Positions 37,540 through 50,884 of a stretch of DNA of 64,000 bases are shown in pieces; within the stretch, counting starts at the first letter, position 1, and each line of letters opens with the position of its first letter. The DNA is from Octopus vulgaris (Eukaryota), in the NCBI GenBank assembly GCA_951406725.2, contig OX597815.1:171616001-171680000 (forward strand), given 5' to 3'. The notes beneath the pieces were generated by a model, which saw only the letters and a program-made list of their open reading frames with translations, ran no database searches and was not told the DNA's origin. The position numbers were made by a program, and so were the translations under genes.

Positions 37540-37900
37540 GACTGCAACAGCTATTCTTGCTACATTCACTTCCAACATTACCTACCTGGATGCAAGTTCT
37601 CCCAACTGTCAGCTCTGTCAACTTGTATAGCAACGTCTCCAAGTCTTCTTACCACTTCTTCCTTTGGTGGAAGAATTCAAAGCCACTAAAGTAAGCGCAG
37701 TTACTATACTGCCATATCAAGGGATGAGAAAGATCATAATCAATGTGCAGAGGATCTATGAAGCAACAAAGATTGTGACGTAAATTTGGCAGGGTTTGTC
37801 TTCAAGAGCCTCTACGTGGAAGTTCGACTCACTCTCTAATCACACCATCAGACTTTAAAATGGATAAGCTCAGTAACAATGTGGTCTTTGATGTACAAAA
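37540..37900 (+). mobile_element. Hero/R2-group non-LTR remnant
   Basis: WMQVLPTVSSVNLYSNVSK..LP..LVEEFKATKV..SRDEK across frameshifts. Confidence 0.55.
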
Positions 37901-38370
37901 ATACAATTGATGGTCAACCAAAGTTGTGGTCTAGCTTATGATCGGTCACCTTGAACGGGTAACCAAAACGTCCGCACTCCAGCGGAGGTAGTTAGAGTGT
38001 GTGGTGCCCGGCCCGGAGCTTCGCTTCAGTTTGCAACCATCTTTCTGGGCTTCCAAGTTTATATAGGTTTATACTGAAGACCTAAAACGGATCGTCTCAC
38101 TGCAACACCCTTCTTTAAATATAACATACTTACCACTAGGACAAATAGAATTTATAAAGTGGCTGCCCTCTGCGGTCATCACGTCCGTTATGTCCCATGC
38201 TACGTCACTGAGGTCACGCTAGTAGCAAAGCTTTTGATCAGAGGTCTGCTCAATTATATTTGACCTCGAGCTAAATTACAACCATAACATAATATATCCA
38301 TTCATCTCCAGGGTCATTAAGACGACGCTGTAGGCCTGGACAATGCAAAATACTAGGGCCCCTACATATA

Positions 38371-38589
38371 CGAGGGAGTGCTGAAAAGTTCCTGGCTCTA
38401 AGGGTATCGGGAAAGACCTGGTTGGCGGCCCAACCTTCTGAGTTCTTTTACAGGGTTTAGAAAAACTGAAGGACCGCTGTAATAAGGGTGTGTGAATCTG
38501 AGAAGGGAATATGTTGCACCAATTCATAATTAAATGATCCTCCTGTATTTTCTTTTACTCAAATACAGGAACTTTTTAGCACCCCCACG
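38371..38589 (+). mobile_element. mariner-derived MITE
   Basis: ta-cgagggagtgctgaaaagttcct ... aggaactttttagcacccccacg-ta; internal LEKLKDRCNK remnant of the mariner C-terminus. Confidence 0.8.
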
Positions 38590-38720
38590 TACATTCACAG
38601 CCGATTAAGACAAATATTGGACCCTAAATACGTGGGAGGGTCAATGTACCTATACCTTAAGACGGCTTTATTCGTTACTTTTCTTGTAATGTATGATAAT
38701 TACCCATTCTATATTTCAGT

Positions 38721-38889
38721 CAGTAGAGTAGCTAAGGGGCGGAGGCAAGGAGCGATCCGCCCCAAGTGATGCTTTTATGGGGGCTACACTTTTAGGTCTG
38801 CTTATAAGCCTTTATCAGCTTATACCCTAAGAAGTAGGATGGCATACCAAGGGCTGCGTCGGGCAGCACACACTCTAGACATAACACTG
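38721..38889. mobile_element. hAT-like MITE (related copy at 60905-61072)
   Basis: cagtagagtagcta...ctagacataacactg; shares gccccaag, cactttt and gcacacactctag with the 60905 copy. Confidence 0.6.
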
Positions 38890-39218
38890 ATCCTTTATAC
38901 ATTATGAAATTAATACTTGCTTTTTCTTCTACCTTGCAGACTAGGCACAAGGTCAGTTTCCCAGGAAATGAGTATAATGAATGGCACCAAACGAAATATA
39001 TCGATCTTGTAAGCGTTGAATTCTACAACTGCTGAGTATTCACTTAGAAAGTAGAAGAACGTAACTAAATACTGAAGTATTTAGGCGTGTTTACCCAAGA
39101 TGGTTACGAGGAAATCTAGGGTACAGAGGGAAAAAAAATTGGGGTTTGTTCCGCAAAATAAAAGATAAATGCTCTAATGAATGTATAATAAAAAACTGAT
39201 ATTCACCACACGCACACA

Positions 39219-39256
<38 letters not shown>

Positions 39257-39267
39257 GTATTATTATG

Positions 39268-39335
<68 letters not shown>

Positions 39336-39621
39336 CATTATTATTATTATTAGACAATATATAATGTATATATTTATATATATTAACAGATAAGCACTCC
39401 ACTGACACGCGTGCCCTTAACGTAGTTCTCGGGGAGGTTCAGCGTGACTAACTGAATGTGACAAGGTTGGCCCTTTGAATTATAAATAATTGAATAAATT
39501 CTCTGAAATTTCTTTTTTTTTTTTTTTTTTTGAGGAGGGGCGATCAGTAAAATATAGGACTAGGTTCTGTAATATTTGGAAATTCGAATAAGGGTTCCGG
39601 GACTCAGTTAATATATATATA

Positions 39622-40013
39622 TTCTTTTATTCTTTGATTTGTTTCAATCATTTGACTGCGGCCACGCTGGAGTACCGCCTTCAGTCGAGCAAATCGACCC
39701 CAGGACTTATTCTTTGTAAGCCTAGTACTTATTCTATCGGTCTCTTTTGCCGAACCGCTAGGTTACGGGGACGTAAACACACCAGCATCAGTTGTCAAGC
39801 GATGTTGGGGGTACGAACGTACACATACACAAACATATACACACACATACAGATATATATACAATGGGTTTCTTTCAGTTTCCATCTACCAAATCCACTC
39901 ACAAGGCTTTGGTCGGCCTGAGGCTATAGTAGAAGACACTTGCTCAAGGTGCTACGCAGTGGGACTGGACCCGGGACCCAGTGGTTGGTTAGCAAGCTAC
40001 TTAACACACAGCC
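39622..40013 (-). mobile_element. SINE family A copy
   Basis: Colinear with 836-1216. Confidence 0.85.
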
Positions 40014-40076
40014 TATATAAATATGTATATATGATATATATATATATATATACACACACACATACATATATATGTG

Positions 40077-40208
40077 TGGAGGTACATGGCATAGTGATTC
40101 GCGGTCGAGGGATCGCGGGTTCGAGTCTCTGACTGGGTGATGTGTGTGTTTATGAGCGAAACACCTGAGCTCTACGCGGCTCCGGCAGAAGTTAATGGCC
40201 AACTTCTG
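40077..40208 (+). mobile_element. SINE family D head fragment
   Basis: tggaggtacatggcatagtg...gggttcgagtc...gagcgaaacacctgagctc. Confidence 0.7.
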
Positions 40209-40525
40209 TTGACTATATAAACTATCGTCGGACTGTCAACAACATTCTTGTACAAGATCAATAAATTTGTACTCAACAGATTACTGTAAAATTGTTTTTT
40301 ATAATAATTGAACATAAAAACAAACAATATGTGTGTATATATATATATGTATGTATGCATGTATGTATGTAAGATCCAGGGATCGGGGTGTAGGAAGAAA
40401 GATAGCTTCGAGCAATCCGTAGTGAATATAAAAAAAAAAAACTTTCAGGAACAATAGTTGTTTATTGAGACGGAAGGTTGCCTAACTTTTGTATATATAT
40501 ATATATATATATATACATACATACA

Positions 40526-40566
<41 letters not shown>

Positions 40567-40649
40567 CTTAGAAAGGTTTTGGCCAGTATCGGCCCAGGCC
40601 ATGTCTAACTTAATAGCACCACCTATATATATATATATATACACATATA

Positions 40650-40880
40650 TTAGACAGAATGAGATAATAAATCCAAGGCTGTGAGGAGTTTTCAGGACAT
40701 TTATAAAGAAATAGTCTTACAGCTGTTTCTGGGATATGATCCCTTCAGAGGCGATGTGAGAAAATATTTGAGTTCGAATTATTGTGGAAAAGAAGGAGAT
40801 ACGGAATATAGAGTGAAATAAGAGAATGAAAGTAGTAATAAGATATATAAAGATATTGTAGTCGCAGTCCCATTATTCGA
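40650..40880 (-). mobile_element. PLE-type terminal fragment with degenerate hammerhead
   Basis: Minus: GCCU-CUGA(3-nt gap)A-GGGAU-cau-AUCCC-A-GAAAC-AGCU-GUA-AGAC. Confidence 0.5.
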
Positions 40881-41864
40881 GGAAAATATATATATATGTA
40901 TATATTTGATTAGATCCATCTTCGTATATATAACCCATTTTAACTGATAATTTAACGAGCCAATGAGAAAGCCTGATCCGCTAGCAATAGTAGCCGATTC
41001 ACCTCAAATACTCTTTTAGCGAAAATGGGAAGGTACATCGGATAACGTAGTCCTAGATACACCTAAAAAGGTAAGGTGGTCCCAGCTGGAAAGCCTTCGA
41101 TTATAGGCTTCCCGAGTCTAGGCTGTTCAGAGATTAAACAAAAAAACAATAACAAGAGCAACACAGCTATCATTTTATCGATCTCGGAGAAATAACGGTA
41201 AAATTTGTAAAAATATTTACCGAAATACCTCTAAAGTGAAGTCAAAAATAGGAATTAGACGACCAAAAGTAAATTCTTTCGGGTATTAAGCCAGCTGCGG
41301 TAATCCCAACTCCTTAGTTTAAACAAATAGGTAACTATTGTTGAAAGAACTAAAAGTGAAATAAATATAACAAATATAAATTAATAATTAAAAAAATGAT
41401 TTGCGAAACAAAAAAAAAAACTTTGTGGCTACAACTTCTTACCGTGAATATTTCTTGTAATTATCAAAAGCAGCTCCGATAAATTAAACACAATTCCTTG
41501 GTCCCTATTTAGTTATTTTCGTAGTCTGTTTTTGGCTTCTCGTTGCTTGTTTGTTAACTTCATAGGGATTTACATCAAAATATACGCGTGTATCATGATG
41601 ATTACATTTTAGTCATGGTATGTCTAAGATTATGAATGATGTAAATATGCAGAGCAGATACGACGTAGAGCTCTGCCACCACTGATTTTGTTTCTCTTTT
41701 CTCATTAGCAGTTTACATTACGTTCGCAAAGCGAAGACTACGCTTTCTGTTCAACCCCCCACGCTACTGAAAACACCTTAGTTCTTCCTGCACCCAAGCT
41801 TTTATTGTTGGTTAGAATGACAGATGCTGGCATGTGTACATGTATGTGCGTGTGGGTATGTATG

Positions 41865-41909
<45 letters not shown>

Positions 41910-42139
41910 GTGTGTGTGCGTGCGTACGTGTTTGTGCTTATATTAATGTTTATGTTCACTTATAATAAAGGCAATCTTACATTAATCTGTAGTATTACTC
42001 CATACGTTTGTAAAGTACAAATTTATTATTCATAACAAGATCGTTGATAGTGACTTCGAAGTTACAGCCAACTAAACAATCATCGGACTGTACATATATT
42101 TTTATATCATGTATTGTTATATTATGTATGCTTGTACGT

Positions 42140-42589
42140 TATGTATGTATGTATGTATGTATGTATGTATGTATGTATGTATGTATGTATGTATGTATGT
42201 ATGTATGTATGTGTATGTATGTATGTATGTGTGTATGTGTATGTATGTATGTATGTGTGTATGTATGTATGTATGTATGTATGTATGTATGTATGTATGT
42301 ATGTGTATATGTATGTATGTATTTATGTATTTATGTATGTATATGCATGGGTATATGTGTATGTATGTATGTATGTATGTATGTATGTATGTATGTGTGT
42401 ATGTATGTATGTATGTATGTATGTATGTATGTATGTATGTATTGTATGTATGTATGTATGTATGTATGTGTGTGTGTATGTATGTATGTATGTATGTATG
42501 TATGTATGTATGTATTGTATGTATGTATGTATGTACGTATGTATGTATGTATGTATGTACGTACGTACGTATGTATGTATGTATGTATA

Positions 42590-42628
<39 letters not shown>

Positions 42629-42630
42629 CT
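42140..42630. repeat. (TATG)n microsatellite; also (CATA)n at 46745-46880 and 48045-48478
   Basis: Seen directly; source of the MYVC/HTYI pseudo-ORFs. Confidence 0.95.
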
Positions 42631-42775
42631 ATGTAAACATGTTATTAGATGCGGATGAATTGAACGCATCCTGATTAAATTCCGAAACTTAATTTATTGA
42701 CTTTAGAGGAATGAAAAGTTAATTTGACAAAAGTTCGATCAGAATCGTTGGATATCGATGGGCTCCTAAACAAAA

Positions 42776-42880
<105 letters not shown>

Positions 42881-42884
42881 ATAT

Positions 42885-42983
42885 TCTAAATTTGGCACAA
42901 TGCCAACAGTTCTTGAAGGAAGGGGAAGTTGACTACATCAACTCCAGTGCTCAGCTGGTACTAATTTTATCGAGCCCGAAAGG

Positions 42984-43076
<93 letters not shown>

Positions 43077-43290
43077 ATCTTTTTACTCTAAGCACAAGGC
43101 CCGAAATTTGGGCGGGGGGAGCCAGTCAATTAGATCGATCCCCAGTACGTAGCTGGTACTTAGTTTATCGATCCCGAAAGGAAGGAAGGCAGACTCGACC
43201 TCGGCGGAATTTGAACTCAGAACGTAGTGACGGGTGACATACCACAAAGCATTTCATCTAGCGTGCAAACAATTCTGTCAGCTCACCTCA
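42885..43290 (-). mobile_element. SINE family B fragments separated by (TAA)n/(TTA)n
   Basis: cagctggtact..atcgagcccgaaagg; gacctcggcggaatttgaactcagaacg. Confidence 0.7.
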
Positions 43291-43292
43291 TT

Positions 43293-43379
<87 letters not shown>

Positions 43380-43380
<1 letters not shown>

Positions 43381-43524
43381 CACTACTAGGCACTGCACAC
43401 ATCCTACGCAGAACACTTTCCATACAATAACCATCAGAGCACCACAACAAATCACAGCACATACCCAAGGCACACAGAGCTGCGCTCGGTAGTGAAGTGA
43501 AAGCACGCTATAAAAATAAAACTA

Positions 43525-43528
<4 letters not shown>
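43380..43528 (+). mobile_element. R4/Dong-clade LINE 3' end inserted in (TAA)n
   Basis: ALLGTAHILRRTLSIQ* plus 3' UTR, with (TAA)n on both sides. Confidence 0.8.
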
Positions 43529-43593
<65 letters not shown>

Positions 43594-43609
43594 TATAATA
43601 ATAATAATA

Positions 43610-43778
43610 ATTCTTTCTACTGGATGTACAAGGCCTCAAATTTTGGGGTAAGGGATTAAGTCGATTACATTGACTCCAGTGCATAACTGGTACTTATTTA
43701 TTCGACCCGGAAAGGATGAAAGGCAAAGTCGCCCTCGGCGGAATTTGAACTTAGAACATGAAGATGGACGAAATGCTG
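43610..43778 (-). mobile_element. SINE family B fragment
   Basis: gattaagtcgattacattgactccagtgcataactggtac...ggcggaatttgaac. Confidence 0.75.
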
Positions 43779-43911
43779 CTGTTGCTGCTCCTAACGATGA
43801 GGAGGATGATGATGATGATACTGAGAAAGGATGGTGATAGAGCCCGAAGGGTGGATAAATAGCCGATGCAACGAAGAGGATTGAGAATGATAGACAGAGA
43901 GACACACAGAC

Positions 43912-43957
<46 letters not shown>

Positions 43958-43962
43958 GTAGG

Positions 43963-44004
<42 letters not shown>

Positions 44005-44050
44005 TGTAGGTAGGTAGGTAGATAGATAGATAGATATGTAGGTAGGTAGG

Positions 44051-44089
<39 letters not shown>

Positions 44090-44092
<3 letters not shown>

Positions 44093-44610
44093 TGTTTCTT
44101 TATTAGCCACACAGGGCTGCACACAGATAGAACAAATTACAAGGTAGAGCTTTTCTTTTGAAGGTTTAAGAAAGAAAAAAAAAAAAAAAAAAAGGAAGGG
44201 GAGTTTCGATCAAAAGGGATCGTAAAAGGAGAGAAAGAGGACAAAAAAAAGGGGGTTTAAAAAAAAGGGGGGGGGAATTGATCAATAGGGATCGTTATCA
44301 CAGAAATGTCAATATGAGGTGTAAAGGGGAGGACAGGTGAGGTTTACCCGTGCAAAGAAAAGCCTACGGAAAAGACCACGGTAACCTCGGTCAATGATGT
44401 CACATTTTATATTTCTTTTTTTTTTTTTTGCAAATAAGCAACTCTCTGTTTTCGATTTCTAGGTTCATAGGACTATGCTCAAGGTGGCTTCGTCATTCAT
44501 ACGTGCCATTCTTGCTACATTCACCCATCTTTTTTTAAAACATTCGCTAGACAAAACTTGCCTCTCTACTCTCACTTTCCTTTTCAAGTGGTACTTGAAG
44601 AAGTTGATGA
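44090..44610 (-). mobile_element. L1/Tx1-like LINE 3' end (ORF2 C-terminus plus 3' UTR) in (GATA)n
   Basis: IINFFKYHLKRKVRVERQVLSSECFKKRWVNVARM; UTR ends ctgtgtggctaataaagaaa; (GATA)n on both sides. Clade assignment is inference. Confidence 0.65.
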
Positions 44611-44611
44611 T

Positions 44612-44685
<74 letters not shown>

Positions 44686-44687
<2 letters not shown>

Positions 44688-45012
44688 TGTTTCTTTATTA
44701 GCCACACAGGGCTGCACACAGACAGGACAAAATTACAAGGTAGAGCTTTTCTTTTGGGGGTAAAAGAAGGGTGTTTGGTTTTCGATCAAAAGGGATCGTA
44801 AATGGAAAGAAAGAGGACAAAAAAGGGGTGGGGATAAAATAAGATTAAAAACAAAAGGGGGGGGGAAAGGGAAAGGAAAAAAATTTTATCAATAGGGATC
44901 GTTATCACAGAAATGTCAATATGAAGTGTAAAGGGGAGGACAGGTGAGGTTTATCCGTGGAAAGAAAAGCCTACGGAAAAGACCACGGTAACCTCGGTCA
45001 ATGAAGTCACAT
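44686..45012 (-). mobile_element. second copy of the same LINE 3' UTR in (GATA)n
   Basis: Closely matches 44090-44400. Confidence 0.75.
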
Positions 45013-45017
45013 GTTAT

Positions 45018-45064
<47 letters not shown>

Positions 45065-45072
45065 GTAGGTAA

Positions 45073-45470
45073 CTTTCTTTTATTGGCCACACAGGGCTGA
45101 ATACAGAGGGGACAAACAAGGACAGACAAAGGGATTAAGTCGATACATCGACTCCAGTGCGAAACTGGTACTTTATTTATCGACCCCGACAGGATGAAAG
45201 GCAAAGTCGACCTCGACGGAATTTGAACTCAGAACGTAACGACAGACAAAATGCCTATTTCTTTACTACCCACAAGGAGCTAAACACAGAGAGGACAAAC
45301 AAGGACAGACAAAGGGATTAAGTCGATAATATCGACCTCAGTGCGTAACTGGTACTTAATCTATCGACCCCGAAAGGATGAAAGGCAAAGTGGACCTCGG
45401 CGGAATTTGAACTCAGAACGTAACGGCAGACGAAATACGGCTACGCATTTCGCCCGGTGTGCTAACGTTT
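45073..45470 (-). mobile_element. dimeric SINE family B
   Basis: Same monomer junction (aaatRcctatttctttactaccc) as 13453-13869. Confidence 0.85.
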
Positions 45471-46070
45471 GTATGAATATGCGTTATAACGAAAATATAA
45501 GGCTTTTATTCTAGTTTAGTTTCGGAATGAATACAGGTGCGATTTGATACAAAGTAACTAAGGTGTTGCGTGTGTAAGCATCTTCGTGTACAGTTACCGC
45601 TTAAAATAACTGAACTTGTCAAAAATTCTTGTTTATTTGCGACGAACTTCATTTGTAATGTATTCAGTATGTATGTTTGACTACACTCATCCCAATGTGA
45701 CGGCTCTAAGAGGGCAGCTGGGTCTGCTAGAAAGAGGAGCCAAATCGCCGGCATAGCGTACACTCCGTTATCGTTTCTAATAGAATAAAAGGAAAAAGAG
45801 ATATTGCTTAGTGTAATCGTAGATGCTCAATTTGACGATGAAAAGAAAACAAAAATAAAAACAAAAAAAAAGGCAATCACAGCTATCTTGCCTTCTATCC
45901 GATTCATGGAATAGCTCATTTAGAGTTGACTTCAGGCAAGACATCAACGAAGCGTAGCGGGGTACACGCAGTGCATGCGTACACACACGCACATACATTC
46001 ACACACACACACACACACAAAATACCTGTGTGTATACATATATACATGTTTTGTGTGTGTATATACATAT

Positions 46071-46106
<36 letters not shown>

Positions 46107-46149
46107 TTTTTTTTCTAGTTTCAGCTCAAAGCTGCGGCCATGCTGATGC

Positions 46150-46189
<40 letters not shown>

Positions 46190-47069
46190 GGGGAGGAAAG
46201 AGAGAGAGAGAGAGGGAATGAAGGCACAGATGGATGGGGTCGCGTGCACGCGCGCACGCGCACATGCACAATCAAATTGTATGCATTGCCATCCAGGGGG
46301 TAATCTGCAGGGGGTCGACAGTTACATCCGGATGGTGGGGGGGGAGTCTGCTGCGCCAAATTCGGTTTAAGTGATGGTATGTATACTTGGTGGATGCGAC
46401 GTCTCCCTCTCTCTCTATATAGATATATCTCTCTCACTATATATAATATATATATATACGCGTACACCCATATACACACACATATGTATAAATATATACA
46501 TCCACACACATATATTTTAGTCAGCAGAATCTCAGTTTGATTACCACTTGGGAATTCATTACTTTTATCTTCAAAGTATTGTTTATAAATGTGCAGCAAT
46601 TAATATCCCTTTTTCAAAAATCCCTTAGAAGTTATAAATAAATAACTATATAAATAAATAAATAAATAAAAGTTTATATATACATAATTACATACAAACA
46701 TACAAGCTTAAATGATAACATGTATGATGTATACATACGCACACGTATGCATACGTATGTGCATACATACATACATACATACATACATACATACGTACGT
46801 ACATACATACATACATACATACATACATACATACATACATACATACATACATACATACATACATACGTACATACATACGTACGTGCGGGCTTACGTATGA
46901 CAATACAGTATGACCCCGCCTCCTATGTAATATGGTGAGGTGAAAAACTCAATGAACATAGACTATTTAAGCAATTTGTAGGCAAAATCTCCCGCTAGAG
47001 GTTTTCTAAAATCTAAAAATAGCGAGCGAAGGAGATGAGATTCGCTAACAGAACGGTTTGAACAATGCT

Positions 47070-47486
47070 CTTTACCCTTTACTCTTTAACTTGTTTCAGT
47101 CATTTTGACTGCGGCCATGCTGGAGCAGCGCCTTTAGTCGAGCAAATCGCCCCCAGGACTTATATTTTTGTAAGCCTAGTACTTATTCTATCGTTCACTT
47201 TTGCCGAACCGCCAAGTTACGGAGACGTAAACACACCAGCATCGCTTGTCAAGCGATGCTGGGGATGCACACACACACACACACAAACATATACACACAC
47301 ATGCATATATATGTATACATATATACGACGGGCTTCTTTTAGTTTCCGTCTACCAAATCCACTCACTAGGCTTTGGTCAGCCCGAGACTATAGCAGAAAA
47401 CACTTGCCCAAGGTGCCACGCAGTGGGACTGAACCCGGAACCATGTGGTTGATAAGCAAGCTACTTACCACACAGCCACTCCTGCG
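47070..47486 (-). mobile_element. SINE family A copy
   Basis: Colinear with 836-1216, CpGs retained. Confidence 0.85.
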
Positions 47487-47599
47487 GCAATATACACACT
47501 ACATGTTAAAGTGCACCTGATTTTTAACTTCAAATGTTTTGGTGCTGTTAAACCTCCTCAGTTAATTCTCTTCTACTCAGATGACAAGAAAAACTGTGG

Positions 47600-47671
<72 letters not shown>

Positions 47672-48006
47672 GCAACGTTGAATATAAACATCAATATCAA
47701 CACACGTACACACATACAAGCGCACACGTGTGTACGTGTGTGTGTACATAATATGCAATGTATATCTACAGATATATGCATATAAATATATAATTATAAA
47801 TCTTTCTTTGTTCATATATGTGTGTGCGTGCATGCCAGTGTATGAAATGTGTGCATGTGTATATACACAAAAATATATATATACGTATACGCATATATAC
47901 AGCTATACATACATACAGACAGGCATAGTATGCATACATACATACACACATATATGCATGCATACTCGTTCATGCACACAAACATGCATACATACATAAT
48001 TTATTC

Positions 48007-48038
<32 letters not shown>

Positions 48039-48042
48039 GGTA

Positions 48043-48073
<31 letters not shown>

Positions 48074-49087
48074 CATACATACATACATACATACATACAT
48101 ACATACATACATACATACATTACATACATACATACATACATGCATGCATACATACACATATACATGCATACACACATACATACACACATACATACATATA
48201 CACATACACACACAAACATACATACATACATACATACATACATACATACATGCATGCATATACACACATACATGCATATACACACACAGACACACACACA
48301 CATACATACATACATACATACATACATACATACATACATACACACACACATACATACATACATACATACATACATACATACATACATACATACATACATA
48401 CATACATACATACATACATACATACATGCATGCATACATACATACATACATACATACATACATACATACATACATACACGCTCAGAAATACACACATGCA
48501 TTCATACATGCATGCAAGCACGCGCACACAGCGAGGTGTAAAGTCAGCTCGAGCGAACATGTACCGCAGGTGAAATCTTAATATATATTCTCACATTTAC
48601 ATGGCTTCCGATAAGGCGTCGATCTTAAGCGGCGGAACCAAGCACTTATTTCTAAGCTTACGAAAGGGAACACCCGTTTATCTTGCTCTAAATCCCTCTA
48701 CCCGTTTTACCAGTTGCACACATACGAAAAGGATTTTTTTTTTTTTTCTTCTTCAAGAGGCTGCGTGTATTTTTCTGGTACTCCCTTTCATATTATATGG
48801 GTTCACGTAACCGGATACAAAAGGGGTGAACATGACATGAGCAAGCATTCAAACGAAGTCTTCCCACCCCACGTCCTGCCTTTACTTTTCATTACGTATT
48901 CTCTTGTAAAGTCTACAGGCACCACGATGCGTGTTCGCCGGGACATTTACATATAAGGCTACCCAACTTTTTTCTTGGCGATGCTATATTCAGCATGAGG
49001 TGGAAAATTCGGGTAAAACTATTCGAACGGAGGGAATAAACAATTACAACAGCAGCAGCAAACAACATTAAAAAATCAACGACAACG

Positions 49088-49279
49088 TTATCATTACCAT
49101 CATCATCATCATCATCATCATCTTCATCATCATCATCATCAGCAGCAGCAGCAGCATCATCATCATCATCAGCAGCAGCAGCAGCAGCATCAGCATCATC
49201 ATCATGATCATCATCATGATCATCATTATGATCATCATCATCATCATCATCATCATCATATCATCATCATCATCATTAG

Positions 49280-49337
<58 letters not shown>

Positions 49338-49352
49338 GTCGTCGTCATCATC
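49088..49352. repeat. (CAT)n/(CAG)n trinucleotide array
   Basis: Seen directly. Confidence 0.95.
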
Positions 49353-49456
49353 ATAATGGTGATGACGAGAACAAGAATGACGACGATAATGATTATCATT
49401 ATTATTATTATTATTATTATTGTCTTGTAAAAGGAAACTATTATCATAGTCTTATA

Positions 49457-50460
49457 AGGCGGCGAGCTGGCAGGAACGTTAGCACGCAGGGCGGAAATGC
49501 TTCGCAATATTTCGTCTGCCTTTACGTTCTGAGTTCAAATTCCGCCGTGGTCAATGTTGCCTTTCATCCTTTCGGGGTCGATAAATTAAGTATCAGTTGC
49601 GTACTAGAGTAGATCTAATCGACTGGTCCCCTCCCTCAAAATTTTGGACATGTGTCTAGAGTAGAAAAGAATTGTTAGCGCGTCGGACAAAATGCTTAGG
49701 ATCTTTTCGGTTTGAACGGCAGTTTTTTCTAGCGGTGTCATATGAAATTGTCACCCATAATTATGACCCTAGTATCGATCTATTGCATTTCAATCTGTTT
49801 AAGGGTTAGGGTTAGGGGTGGGGGGAAGGGTATCTTTTTGCTTCATAAATATAAATAAACCCAATCTGTTTCTTAAACGAGGGACATATTCATACGGCAC
49901 AGAATGTTTTCACCTCAATAGACGTCATTGATTGGTTGAAATTGCAGAAATTGAAGAAAAAAACAACAAATATCTTACAAAGTATAGAATTTTCTCAATA
50001 AAGACAAGAGAAAAAGATGTTTTATAAACACATTCTATCAGTATACGAAGTTTAAAAGTGTTTAGTTACGTGGAAATTATTTTTAAAAACTGCCGTTCAA
50101 ACCGAAAAGATCCAATGCTTATCAGCATTTTGTCCTTCTCTACGTCCAAAGTTCAAATTCTGCCGAAGTCGACTCTGCCTTTCATCCTTTCGGGGTTGAT
50201 GAAGTAAGTACCAGTCGAACACTGGAGTCGGTGTAATCGACTTACCCCTCCCCGAAATTGCTCGCCTAGTGCCAAAATTCAAAATTATTGTCTTACAAGG
50301 CGGTAAACTGGCAGACTTGTTAGCGCGCCTGATAAAATGCTTAGCGGCGTTTCATCCGTCTCTGTGTTGTAAGTTCAAATTCCACCGAGATCGAGTTTGC
50401 CTTTCATCTTTTCGGAGTCGTTGAAACAAGCACCGATCAAACACTGGCGTTATGCCAAAA
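49457..50460 (+). mobile_element. tandem SINE family B copies (one split by a DNA transposon)
   Basis: Heads at 49457, ~49672 and 50297. Confidence 0.8.
49699..50113. mobile_element. non-autonomous DNA transposon, 29-bp TIR, 8-bp TSD (Merlin-like)
   Basis: TIR ggatcttttcggtttgaacggcagttttt (49699-49727 / 50085-50113); TSD aatgctta at 49691-49698 and 50114-50121. Confidence 0.9.
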
Positions 50461-50884
50461 TGTAGAAAGAATTATTATCATCATTACGTAATATTGTCAT
50501 AAGACCCCGTTTATCGGTGTAGCTAAGTTAAAACAAGGATGTGGAAAGCGCTTATTTGAATGCCCAACCAACACAACACCACCACCATCACTACCGTTTC
50601 TGAAAGGAAAGAAAATTTTAATCCATGGCAGATTTTGAAACCAAAACTCGAAAGCACTTGACAAATACATCTACGATGAGTTATTATGATATGTACGTTA
50701 TTTGTACAAAACCAAAAATAGTTGGCGAAGAAGTGGAGCGGAGTGAATCGACTCCAGATATTATGAACCTCCAACAGGATCAAAAACGACGTCAAACTCA
50801 CTTAGGGATTGAAATGATAACTTAAAAGGAAGTTCTATCTCTATTACTTAATATTAACAATAATAATAATCCTTTACTAATTTT

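Noticed and set aside
42985-43075. (TAA)n-(TTA)n palindrome as a functional cruciform
   Set aside because: Most simply explained by abutting repeat tails or microsatellite slippage; no independent support.
49068-49507. Poly-Met/poly-His ORFs
   Set aside because: (CAT)n microsatellite translations.
49803-49825. Interstitial telomere
   Set aside because: Only about two TTAGGG units, internal to a MITE.
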